Shown: positions 49,408-57,962 of the stretch, in pieces
Position numbering within the stretch: the stretch's first letter is position 1
Layout of the letters: the number at the start of each line of letters is the position of its first letter
Assembly: GCA_964574595.1 (NCBI GenBank)
Contig: CAZNOF010000005.1
Coordinates: 49,686 to 113,685, forward strand
Reading direction: 5' to 3'
Length of the DNA: 64,000 bases
DNA from: an uncultured Pseudomonadales bacterium
Lineage (GTDB): Bacteria; Patescibacteriota; Microgenomatia; UBA1400; PJMF01
Position numbers and translations under genes: made by a program
The notes under the pieces: generated by a model
The model's input: only the letters and a program-made list of their open reading frames with translations
Told to the model about the DNA's origin: nothing
Databases searched by the model: none

Positions 49408-50350
49408 ACCGCACTTTCATCAAACAGAGTGTGCCCTGTGTGGCTCAACAGATCGACATGATTATGAAATTGTCTATCCAGCCACCTACCTTCAGACTGA
49501 AGTTGAGAGTCTGTTTTCTGCCAGAAGACTTCCTGACGGAATTCACTCGCAAATTGTCAGATGTCTGAGAGACGGGCAAGTTCGCTCGACTCCTGTGCTC
49601 GAAAATTCAGTTCTTTCCAAGTTGTATCGCGAGAGCGAATTTACCTATCAAGAGGAAGTCACAAATTTGACTCAGACGTATATGAATGCTCTTGAAGATG
49701 TCTTGCCGTATCTGAAAGCGTCGGATAAGGTTCTGGAAATTGGCTGTGGATCGGGCTTCATGTTGTCGGCACTCAAAGCAAGAGGGTTTAAAAATGTTTA
49801 CGGAGTTGAGCCAAGTCAGAAAGCTATAGACAAAGCAGACAAATTTATTCAATCACGAATTACTCAAAAGCTGTTTTCAAGAAAACTTTACAAAGAAGAA
49901 ACATTTTCATTCATTTTCATTTTGCAAACCCTTGACCATATTCCTAACCCGAAAGAGTTCCTCGCAGACTGCCTAGCAGTTTTAAAACCTGGTGGGTTTA
50001 TTTTGTCCTATCATCATGATGTTTCTAGTTTGTCAGCGACTCTCCTAGGGGAAAAAAGCCCAATTTTCGATATTGAACATACCTATCTCTACGACCACCG
50101 CACCAGTTGTTTGCTTCTTGAAAAGAACGGTTTCATTGTGCGCAAAGCCTACTCACCCTTGAACGTACTGTCCTTGTATCACCTGGCTTGGTTAAGCCCT
50201 TTACCTACGTTAATGAAAAACTTTCTGCTGAAGGAAAATGCATTTTCAAAGCAAATGCTTCATTCAATTAAAGTGGAGATTCCCCTAGGTAATACCTGTA
50301 TTATTGGCCAAAAACCGAGAAGCGTCCCACGATCAGATAAAATAGTTTAA
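49388..50350 (+). CDS. Class I SAM-dependent methyltransferase with an N-terminal Cys-rich (zinc-ribbon-like) segment
   Basis: Motif I VLEIGCGSGFM and the post-I acidic residue. It overlaps the upstream gene by 20 nt. Confidence 0.65.
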   Translation: MKANMTKPHFHQTECALCGSTDRHDYEIVYPATYLQTEVESLFSARRLPDGIHSQIVRCLRDGQVRSTPVLENSVLSKLYRESEFTYQEEVTNLTQTYMNALEDVLPYLKASDKVLEIGCGSGFMLSALKARGFKNVYGVEPSQKAIDKADKFIQSRITQKLFSRKLYKEETFSFIFILQTLDHIPNPKEFLADCLAVLKPGGFILSYHHDVSSLSATLLGEKSPIFDIEHTYLYDHRTSCLLLEKNGFIVRKAYSPLNVLSLYHLAWLSPLPTLMKNFLLKENAFSKQMLHSIKVEIPLGNTCIIGQKPRSVPRSDKIV

Positions 50351-50359
50351 AATGAAAGC

Positions 50360-51244
50360 ATGTGGAAGCGCCTTCTCATTTTTGCCGTAGCTTTGGTGGT
50401 TGATGTCGCGTTGCTTCGCTGGGGGTGGCAAACCCAACAGTTCAATTATCTGACCGACATTGGTAAGCGGCTTTTTGAAGAGCCAATATTGCCTTGTACT
50501 ATTCCAATTAGATATCGGATTGATCAGATAGATCCGGAATTCAAACTTTCATCTGAGGACTTTATAAAGGATGCCTCAGCAGCTGCTCAAATTTGGAACA
50601 CAGCCAAGGGTAACCCAGTTTTTATCTACGATCCTCAAGGTGAGTTAAGCGTGAACTTAGTTTATGACGGTCGCCAAAAGCTGAGTGCCCAGATTAATCA
50701 AATGCAGAGTAGCTTACAAACAGCAGCAAAATCGTTAACTCCCCAAGAACAACAATTCAGAAAAGAAGTAGCCGCTTATGAACAAAAAGCGAGCGCCTTG
50801 AATGCAGAAATTGTCTCCTGGAATGAAAAGGGCGGTGCCCCGCAAGAAACTGCGGACCAACTGAATAATCGGGTGACCGAACTCAAGGCTGAAGCAGACA
50901 GACTCAATACTGAATCTGAACGATTAAACAAAATAAGTAGTAACTACAATGCTCAAGTTGGCACGCTTAATAAAACAGTAGACACATTTAACTCTCAACT
51001 GAATGAAAAGCCAGAGGAAGGTATTTTCATCGGTGACGAGAACAAAATTGAGATCTACTTCAATAATGGCAAGCAAGAACTGGTTCACACCTTGGCTCAT
51101 GAAATGGGTCATGCTTTAGGAATGAATCACGTTGATGACAAAAAAGCTATTTTATACGAATCGACAAATTTATCTGTTAAACCCTCGGAAAAAGACCTAC
51201 TCGAGCTAGAGAAAGCTTGTGCACCTCCAGCTCAAAAGAACTAA
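50360..51244 (+). CDS. Membrane-anchored zinc metalloprotease of the metzincin type with a coiled-coil stalk
   Basis: An N-terminal TM, a Q/E/N-rich coiled region and a C-terminal HTLAHEMGHALGMNHVDD (HExxHxxGxxH) motif. Confidence 0.55.
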   Translation: MWKRLLIFAVALVVDVALLRWGWQTQQFNYLTDIGKRLFEEPILPCTIPIRYRIDQIDPEFKLSSEDFIKDASAAAQIWNTAKGNPVFIYDPQGELSVNLVYDGRQKLSAQINQMQSSLQTAAKSLTPQEQQFRKEVAAYEQKASALNAEIVSWNEKGGAPQETADQLNNRVTELKAEADRLNTESERLNKISSNYNAQVGTLNKTVDTFNSQLNEKPEEGIFIGDENKIEIYFNNGKQELVHTLAHEMGHALGMNHVDDKKAILYESTNLSVKPSEKDLLELEKACAPPAQKN

Positions 51245-51269
51245 ACGAGCTGAAATTCTCGAGACAGTA

Positions 51270-51277
51270 CTGTATAA
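51270..51277 (+). promoter_or_regulatory. Extended -10 promoter element (TGTATAAT) giving a very short leader for the GH16 gene
   Basis: TGnTATAAT lies 11 nt upstream of the ATG at 51289, and no SD is present. Confidence 0.35.
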
Positions 51278-51288
51278 TCCCACTTCCT

Positions 51289-52317
51289 ATGAAAGAAAAT
51301 GAACAAAGACGAAAGTTACTAACTAGAAGAGAGTTTGGACAAATGCTTTGGCGTGCGGGTCAGGTTGGCCTGGCTTTAGAGTTAGGTAAACTCCCGTTTG
51401 TTAATGCACAAGATTCAGTTACTCCAACTCCAACTTCTGCAGAAGTAAAAGTCACCCCAGATATTGAAGAACTTTTCAACAAAGATCCTGACCTTTTGAT
51501 TGATTTCACTGCTATGGCTGAAGGTCCATTTGTTTCTGAAAACTTTAACGTTGATGAAGGTTCGATTATTAAAACTGAAGCACAGAATTACACGAAGGAC
51601 GCTAAAAACCTTAGAATTGAAAAATATACCGATCCTGCAACGGGTGAAACGTTTAACGTACTTGTTCTCCAAGCCGTCAAAGAAAAGAATGGTGATAAGG
51701 AATACACTTCCGCTCGCATTAACATGAAAGGTCTTCTCGACTTTACCTATGGCAAGATTGAAGTGACTGCTAAATTTCCAAAAGGCGCGGGGGTCTTCCC
51801 GGCTATTTGGCTCCGTTCAACTGACCAGACAAATAGTCAAAACCCAACTCCAGAGCAAGCAACCAATAAATTCAAGTGGGCACTTAACGGCGAGATCGAT
51901 ATCGCTGAGGAACAAGGTGCAGATCCAGGAATCATTAACTCAACAGCTCATTCATACGAGACTCTGAATGCTGGTGGAAATCCAAATGGTATGAAAACGG
52001 AAGTTGCTGACTCAGAAGATGCTTTCCATACCTATGGAGCTGAATGGAACGAAGATAAGATTGTCTTTACCGTCGATGGAGAGGTAACCAATGAAGTCAT
52101 CATTCAAAGAGAGGCTGATGGCTCGTTTGATCCTGCTAAAGCTCCATGGGCCCACGACTTCCACTTAGTCATTAACCTGGCAATGGGTGGAAACTGGGCA
52201 CAAGACGTCGCAAAACGTAAAGGACTTGACCTGCCAAATGGTATTGACGATTCGCAAGAGGCGAATTGGAAATTCCTCATTAAAGACGTCAAGTACTTCA
52301 AGCTGGCTGCAGCCTAG
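51289..52317 (+). CDS. Glycoside hydrolase family 16 (beta-glucanase/laminarinase-like) with a twin-arginine-like signal
   Basis: The start was reassigned to the ATG at 51289 (MKENEQRRKLLTRREFGQ..., an RR motif followed by a hydrophobic segment). GH16 catalytic motif GEIDIAEE. Confidence 0.6.
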   Translation: MKENEQRRKLLTRREFGQMLWRAGQVGLALELGKLPFVNAQDSVTPTPTSAEVKVTPDIEELFNKDPDLLIDFTAMAEGPFVSENFNVDEGSIIKTEAQNYTKDAKNLRIEKYTDPATGETFNVLVLQAVKEKNGDKEYTSARINMKGLLDFTYGKIEVTAKFPKGAGVFPAIWLRSTDQTNSQNPTPEQATNKFKWALNGEIDIAEEQGADPGIINSTAHSYETLNAGGNPNGMKTEVADSEDAFHTYGAEWNEDKIVFTVDGEVTNEVIIQREADGSFDPAKAPWAHDFHLVINLAMGGNWAQDVAKRKGLDLPNGIDDSQEANWKFLIKDVKYFKLAAA

Positions 52318-52332
52318 TAAATTCCTAAAAAT

Positions 52333-52710
52333 CTATTGTTTCAAAGTTCCAATTTTCAAACTGGTTAATGCCGCTTGAGCATCTGGTCCTTCGTGTTGTG
52401 GCTGTCTACTGAAGAGAGACGTCGCGTCACGGCCGCAGCCCTTGAGAATTTCTTCCCCTCCTGGGTGGTTTGGAATGAAGCTCGTCACGTTGTATACCGA
52501 GCCGCTGACAACTAACCAACAATCTGAGGCCGAGCCGTGCTGTTGCACATCAGACATGCTGTACTCAGCATTTGCTGCAGGAGACGTTTGCGTTGTCGAT
52601 GAATCCGTAGGAGAAGGAGAAGCTTCGATTGTTCCTGAATTGACAGTGGGCTGAGCGGAACAAGCAGTAAACAGTACTAAGGCTGGGAGAAACAGAAGCA
52701 GTTTTTTCAT
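52333..52710 (-). CDS. Lipoprotein with a cytochrome b5-like heme-binding domain
   Basis: Lipobox LFTAC. The b5 signature is WLVVSGSVYNVTSFIPNHPGGEEILKGCGRDATSLF, with a second His downstream. Confidence 0.6.
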   Translation of the reverse strand: MKKLLLFLPALVLFTACSAQPTVNSGTIEASPSPTDSSTTQTSPAANAEYSMSDVQQHGSASDCWLVVSGSVYNVTSFIPNHPGGEEILKGCGRDATSLFSRQPQHEGPDAQAALTSLKIGTLKQ

Positions 52711-52842
52711 AAGGTTATTAATATATGATATTGAGCTGAAAGTAAACTGAATGATTAAGAATTTATTGTCTAATCAATGCAACCTTGAACGAGATGACTC
52801 TCTTTACGATGACAATGACAACTTCAACTCTAATGAATAATG

Positions 52843-52866
52843 TAAATTAGTGCTATAATTAGCACT
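52843..52866. promoter_or_regulatory. Perfect 9-bp inverted repeat (attagtgct-ataatt-agcactaat) overlapping a -10-like TATAAT, directly abutting the start codon of 52870-53937
   Basis: Read directly from the sequence. It is a probable operator for a dimeric repressor, and the transcript would be leaderless or near-leaderless. Confidence 0.4.
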
Positions 52867-52869
52867 AAT

Positions 52870-53937
52870 ATGACACATTCTGAGCAATCTACATTACATA
52901 AAATTAAACTTTTCCTCCTGACTGGATTTTTCTTCATCGTTTCCTCTCAGCAAGTGTTTGCTGGGGGAGGTTCAATCACCCCTATTAACTTTGCAGATAG
53001 TCAACAAGTTACCGGCAAATCATTTAGCCCTGTAGTCGCAGTTAAAGATCCAGCTTCTAACTACTCCTCTCCATGGGTGGGCAAAGAGTTTTCTATTCAG
53101 GCACATGGTGACTTAGCAGGAGCTTCCTGCAGCACAACCCAACGTGTCTCCGACAGCCAAGGTCAGATCAAGGCTGACTGTCACGCTGATGCTTATGGGA
53201 ACTTTGCTTTTGACATAGTCGACTCCTCCGGCGGCAATAATGGTACTTTTAGAGTTATTTTCGTAGAACCTGGACAGGGCAGTGGCTCAGGATTTAATGA
53301 GCAAAGTCCTTCTGGTGAGTACGTGGTGACGATAATCTCTGGTAATAAGACGGTCATGCCAAACCAGGTTTTTTATGTGGAGTCTCAACTAAAAAAAGAT
53401 GGTCAACCTGTAAGTAATTACGATGATGTTGACTACTTCCGCTGGGAAGTCCTTCAAGGCAGTATGGTCATCGTTACTTCTAATCATCTGAACCAAAATC
53501 CCGGAATTAAAGTACCTGATTTAGGAAAAACGGTCATTCGCTGTACAGCTATTATGAAAAATGGGAAAACATACGAATCTGGAGCAGTCACCATTACCGT
53601 GGCCTGGCCAACTCCATCCCCGGTTCCAACCCCAGCAGCAACCTCCCAAACAACGCCAGCTCCTGAGAAGGCATCGCCAAAATCGGCACAGAACTCACCA
53701 TCAACGCCAACACCAGCAACATCACCTGTTGCTACACCAAAAGCGTCAACTCGCCCATCAGCCAGCTCCACTCCTGTGGCTTCTGATAGTGCTTCAGCTA
53801 CTCCGTCTGCTGTGCAGGCTCCAGCACCTGAAGTTGTATACGCATCCCATCTAGCTTCAAGATTTAGCATTGTGGCTCGAGCCCAGAACTTGGCAAAAAT
53901 CATTAGTAACTTTTTTACTCATATTTGGAAACGGTAA
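52870..53937 (+). CDS. Secreted protein with a Pro/Thr/Ser/Ala-rich C-terminal linker and a short C-terminal amphipathic tail
   Basis: Signal peptide (LFLLTGFFFIVSSQQVFAGG), a ~240-aa globular part and a PT-rich region encoded by ~53600-53835. Confidence 0.5.
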   Translation: MTHSEQSTLHKIKLFLLTGFFFIVSSQQVFAGGGSITPINFADSQQVTGKSFSPVVAVKDPASNYSSPWVGKEFSIQAHGDLAGASCSTTQRVSDSQGQIKADCHADAYGNFAFDIVDSSGGNNGTFRVIFVEPGQGSGSGFNEQSPSGEYVVTIISGNKTVMPNQVFYVESQLKKDGQPVSNYDDVDYFRWEVLQGSMVIVTSNHLNQNPGIKVPDLGKTVIRCTAIMKNGKTYESGAVTITVAWPTPSPVPTPAATSQTTPAPEKASPKSAQNSPSTPTPATSPVATPKASTRPSASSTPVASDSASATPSAVQAPAPEVVYASHLASRFSIVARAQNLAKIISNFFTHIWKR

Positions 53938-53954
53938 GCTTGGAAAATTGCCAT

Positions 53955-53995
53955 AAAAAAGCAGGCGATTTCTCACCTGCTTCTTTTCTGTTTTA
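53955..53995. terminator. Bidirectional rho-independent terminator between convergent genes
   Basis: An A-run, the stem agcagg/cctgct (53960-53981) with a 10-nt loop, then a T-rich run (tcttttctgtttt). Confidence 0.5.
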
Positions 53996-54007
53996 GTTTC
54001 CTTTCAA

Positions 54008-55030
54008 CTAAATGTTAAACACTTGATGAGCGTTATTGAAAAAGATACTTTCAATGGCTCGTCGTTGCGTTTTGATTGGCAGTTCTTGAACTGCTGATTG
54101 AATTGCAAGCAATACTTGCCAGTGCGTGTGCACAGCACCTTGGGCTAAGTGGGCATATTGCAGATGTTCTTCAGGATCCACCCAGTGATATGGGTACTCG
54201 GTAATCAGGCGCTGTCCCTTTATCGGATGTTCATATACCGTTGACCGAATCAAGTTTAGTGTTTGATCTGAACCGAATAAGATGCGGTCCGGCCCGAAAG
54301 TTCTGAGCGCCATAAACATGACTTCTGCTGATGGGATCATTGACGTGTCCATGTAGATGCCACTGTATTCGCTGATTCTGGTATACGTAGACATCAAGCG
54401 AGGCACCGGCATGTGCGGCAGTCCCAAATGTGCCAATACAACCGACAATTTGGGAAATTTCGTCAATAGCAGTTCCAAATCTGGGGAACACTCGGTGATC
54501 ATTTTGGGTAAGTGCAGGATGATTGGAATTCGAGCGCTTTGTGCAGCATCGAGGATCGCGGGCGGGAAAACTTCAAAAATTGTTTGGGCCGGTGGATTGA
54601 AGTACTGGTAGTACATCTTCAGGGCTTTCACTCGCGGATCAGCCAGTTTTCCGATGGTGTATTCAATATCGTTGGGAATACCGTAAAGGGCGACTGGGTT
54701 GTATTCAGATGAGTTGCCCAAAAGGTACTCATTTGCCGCTCGGTGATCAATTCCACGGTAGGCATTTGCAAAGCGAAGCGTGCGAACACGTTTTTTTGGG
54801 TAAAAGATCGCTTGCATCAGATACGATTCATCAAGTGTGAACGATGGGAAGGTTGACATCATGTGATGCATGACCTGATCATCCAGTTCACCAACGTGTT
54901 CCGGTAGATTACAGTGAGCATGGCAATCGATGATTTCGTCAGGAAGAATGTCCATCATGACGCGCTGGAGTCTGCGTTCTTCAAGACTCAGAGCTAGTGC
55001 TTTCTTCAAATATGCACTTGTGTCGATCAT
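54008..55030 (-). CDS. Amidohydrolase-family metal-dependent hydrolase (TIM barrel)
   Basis: An N-terminal IIDCHAHCNLPEH metal-binding His pair, in a 340-aa protein. The specific substrate is unknown. Confidence 0.45.
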   Translation of the reverse strand: MIDTSAYLKKALALSLEERRLQRVMMDILPDEIIDCHAHCNLPEHVGELDDQVMHHMMSTFPSFTLDESYLMQAIFYPKKRVRTLRFANAYRGIDHRAANEYLLGNSSEYNPVALYGIPNDIEYTIGKLADPRVKALKMYYQYFNPPAQTIFEVFPPAILDAAQSARIPIILHLPKMITECSPDLELLLTKFPKLSVVLAHLGLPHMPVPRLMSTYTRISEYSGIYMDTSMIPSAEVMFMALRTFGPDRILFGSDQTLNLIRSTVYEHPIKGQRLITEYPYHWVDPEEHLQYAHLAQGAVHTHWQVLLAIQSAVQELPIKTQRRAIESIFFNNAHQVFNI

Positions 55031-55104
55031 TTTTTCTATCCTTAAATGACTAAGGGTGGGGTTTTAAGGCCCCACCCATTTCCTATTGAATTGAACTGAG
55101 ACAG

Positions 55105-56427
55105 TTACGGAGTTAGGCGGTTAATACCACGGTAGAGGTACGTCACTTGGCGGACATTATCCAAACCAAGCAGTTTCATCAAGAACCGGGTTAAGCCAAA
55201 TCCGAAGCCACCATGTGGAGGCACGCCGTATTTGAAGAACTCGAAGTACCCATTCAGGTCAGTCAGGTTCAGACGCTTGTCAGTAGCTTGAGCAAGAAGC
55301 ATATCGTAGCGATGTTCCCGCTGTGCGCCAGTTGTCACTTCAAGACCGCGATACAACAGGTCATAGCTTTTCGTCAAGTGGTTCCGCAACGGGAAACGCA
55401 TGTGATAGAAAGGCCGGACTGAGGTGGGGTATTCAGTAATGAAGACGAAGTCATGTCCGGTATTTCGTTTTACATAGTCTGCCACGATCCGTTCAGCTTG
55501 CGGATCCAAATCGCCTTTTGTTTCGGGCGGCACCTTGTACCCACTGGCGGCCACAATTTCAGCGGCTTGGGCAAGTGTCAGTGTGGGGAATCCTTCACTC
55601 GGGACAGTGACCGTTTGGCCGAACAGTTCATAAATTTCGTCGCCGAGCTCTTGCTTGACAACACTCATGATGTGAATCAGCCACTGTTCTTCAAACAGCA
55701 TCAAGTCAGTGTGCGACTGAATCCACGACATTTCCACGTCTACACCAGTAAATTCGGTGTCGTGACGCGAAGTCATGGATGGGTTAGCCCGGAAGACTGG
55801 ACCAATTTCGAAGACACGCTCGAAGCCAGCTGCCATCGCCATCTGCTTGTACCACTGCGGGGATTGAGCCAAGGTGGCCGTTCGTCCAAAGTAGTCAAGT
55901 TTAAATAGTTCTGAGCCGCTGTTTTCCGAAGCCTTTGCCATCAATTTGGGACTGTGGATTTCGATAAACCCATATCCAGCCCAAACTTCACGCATCGCGC
56001 GTTCGACAACAGTTTGCAATTCAAAAATGAGACGGTTCTGTTCAGTGCGCAAGTCAATCCACCGATAGTCCGCTTTCACATCAAGGGACGTTTTTTCGTC
56101 AATAGGTAGCGGCGCTGCAATACAGTGGACGACGACGCCAGTGACCTTTATTTCAATGCCACCCAGCTTCACGCCGGAATTTTCGACAACCAAGCCAAAA
56201 ACTGTCACAGTAGAATCCTTTGTCAGGCTGTCTAGGGCAGCTTCAACCTCAGGATTCTGGCCGCGTTCGTTAACAATCTGGACGCGTCCAGTGAAGTCAC
56301 GAATGACTTCAAACTGCATTTTGCGCTGATTGCGGACAACATCAACCCACCCTTGGATCTTAATTTCAGACCCAATGTGGTGGCTCACGAAACGAATCAA
56401 GGTACGTTCACGTTCTGTGTTCATCAT
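55105..56427 (-). CDS. aspS: Aspartate--tRNA ligase, class IIb, archaeal/eukaryotic-type short form (specificity Asp versus Asn tentative)
   Basis: Motif 2 FRANPSMTSRHDTEFTGVDVEM and motif 3 GGFGFGLTRFLM, with a C-terminal ...RLTP. An AGGAGA RBS is present. Its 440-aa size fits archaeal-type AspRS. Confidence 0.65.
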   Translation of the reverse strand: MMNTERERTLIRFVSHHIGSEIKIQGWVDVVRNQRKMQFEVIRDFTGRVQIVNERGQNPEVEAALDSLTKDSTVTVFGLVVENSGVKLGGIEIKVTGVVVHCIAAPLPIDEKTSLDVKADYRWIDLRTEQNRLIFELQTVVERAMREVWAGYGFIEIHSPKLMAKASENSGSELFKLDYFGRTATLAQSPQWYKQMAMAAGFERVFEIGPVFRANPSMTSRHDTEFTGVDVEMSWIQSHTDLMLFEEQWLIHIMSVVKQELGDEIYELFGQTVTVPSEGFPTLTLAQAAEIVAASGYKVPPETKGDLDPQAERIVADYVKRNTGHDFVFITEYPTSVRPFYHMRFPLRNHLTKSYDLLYRGLEVTTGAQREHRYDMLLAQATDKRLNLTDLNGYFEFFKYGVPPHGGFGFGLTRFLMKLLGLDNVRQVTYLYRGINRLTP

Positions 56428-56461
56428 TTTCTCCTAAAAGTATGCGAAATGTGGTTTCAAA

Positions 56462-57775
56462 CTACGGGTAAACACGACGGCCAAACGTTCGAGGGAACGC
56501 GATACCGTCGCGGACGTGATCAAACTGGAGAACATAGCGGAGGAATCTTTCGACACCAATGCCATATCCCATATGAGGGACGCAACCGAAGTTGCGCATG
56601 TCACGCACCCACTGGTATTCTGGTCGATTCAGTTTGCCTTTTTCAGACATTCTTTCTTCCAGCTCAGGTAGGCTTGTGATCTTCTCAGCTACGCCAAGGA
56701 GTTCGCCGTACCCACGACTGGCGATTAAATCAGCCGTCATGGTCAGACGATTGTCGTTTTGATCAATTACGTAAGGAAATGGCTCTACAGCTCGTGGGAC
56801 ACCAACCACCCAAAGAGGGGAGTTGAAGTACTTGGAGAGAAATGCCTCATCTTCATGGCCAAGGCTCTTGCCAAACGGGAAATCGTCACCTTTAGAATTG
56901 AGAATTCGAACTACCTCAGGGTAGGTTACCCGGGGGAATGGTCCGTTCATACCATCGGTGTTGATATCACGCTCTAGCCATTTGGTGACGGGATCGGTGG
57001 CATTCGCCAAAGTCGCAGTCAGGTAATGAATCAGTGACTCAACTTGGCTAATACCATCTTCCAGATTAGCATTGGTCACCTCAGCTTTAATATGCCAATA
57101 TTCCATCAAGTGCCGCTTCGAGCGACTTTCTTCTCGACGGAAACTTGGCCCCATGTTATAGACCCGCTCAAAGGCATGCGCCGCGGCTGTCATGTAAAAG
57201 CCGACGCACTGAGTCAGAAAGAGTTCTTCATCATGCAGGGTCAATGGAACAGCGGTACCATCGTCGTAGAGCGGAAGCTCTGTCAGAATAGGCGCGTCAA
57301 GTTCTGTATAGCCCTGTGATCCGAACCAAGTATGAACCGCTTGCTTCAGGATGTGGCGGTATTTCATAATCGCCATAATTTCGGGATTGCGGATCATAAA
57401 GTGTCGGTTAGACAGCAAGTAATCAACGCGTTCACTGTCAAACGGCTCCCGGTCGCTCCGGGGAGTAATCGAGAATCCGTCAACTGCGCCGACGAGTTGA
57501 ATTGATGAGATATGTATTTCTACATTTTCTCCCTTCCGAGAAATCTGACCGTTGGCTAAGATGGCTTCTTCCTTTTTCAAGGCAGTAATCACATCCCATG
57601 CTTCAGGGGAAACTCGTTTTTGGTCCACAACTAACTGAATTATTCCGGTAGAGTCCATCAGGTCAATGAAGACCAGATTGGAATGCTTGCGGATTGCTTT
57701 GATCCAGCCACTCATTGAGGTGAGTTGGCCGTCCCGGTAATTGAACAAATCGTTGATGTAGATTGTTTTCACCAT
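56462..57775 (-). CDS. asnS: Asparagine--tRNA ligase, class IIb (specificity tentative)
   Basis: Motif 2 FRREESRSKRHLMEYWHIKAE (the aromatic EYW resembles the AsnRS EFWM) and motif 3 GYGIGVERFLRY, with a C-terminal ...RRVYP. Confidence 0.65.
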   Translation of the reverse strand: MVKTIYINDLFNYRDGQLTSMSGWIKAIRKHSNLVFIDLMDSTGIIQLVVDQKRVSPEAWDVITALKKEEAILANGQISRKGENVEIHISSIQLVGAVDGFSITPRSDREPFDSERVDYLLSNRHFMIRNPEIMAIMKYRHILKQAVHTWFGSQGYTELDAPILTELPLYDDGTAVPLTLHDEELFLTQCVGFYMTAAAHAFERVYNMGPSFRREESRSKRHLMEYWHIKAEVTNANLEDGISQVESLIHYLTATLANATDPVTKWLERDINTDGMNGPFPRVTYPEVVRILNSKGDDFPFGKSLGHEDEAFLSKYFNSPLWVVGVPRAVEPFPYVIDQNDNRLTMTADLIASRGYGELLGVAEKITSLPELEERMSEKGKLNRPEYQWVRDMRNFGCVPHMGYGIGVERFLRYVLQFDHVRDGIAFPRTFGRRVYP

Positions 57776-57962
57776 GACCTCCTAGGTGAATATGTGTTTG
57801 TTGCAATTCAATTTTTAAGGATCTAATTCTTCGCCTCAATCAGTTCAAACAGTCCAGCTAGCCACCTTTGGGGAGACCATGTAAAGCTGAGCTAATCAAG
57901 AACGAAAATTAGCCTGGATTTTATCACAAATTCAGGGTGAAAACAATTATAGGTCTACGCTA

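Noticed and set aside
53484-53903. Antisense 139-aa ORF and a 97-aa Gln/His-rich ORF (53561-53854) inside the PT-rich region of 52870-53937
   Set aside because: Low-complexity GC-rich codons (CCA/ACA/GCA) create open alternative frames. They are artefacts of the repeat-like composition.
56462-57775. One-nucleotide discrepancy between my hand-indexed start codon (ATG read at 57772-57774) and the ORF-track start (57775)
   Set aside because: This is probably my own position-counting error in a long line. The ORF-track coordinates were kept, and hand-derived coordinates elsewhere should be treated as accurate to about 1 nt.
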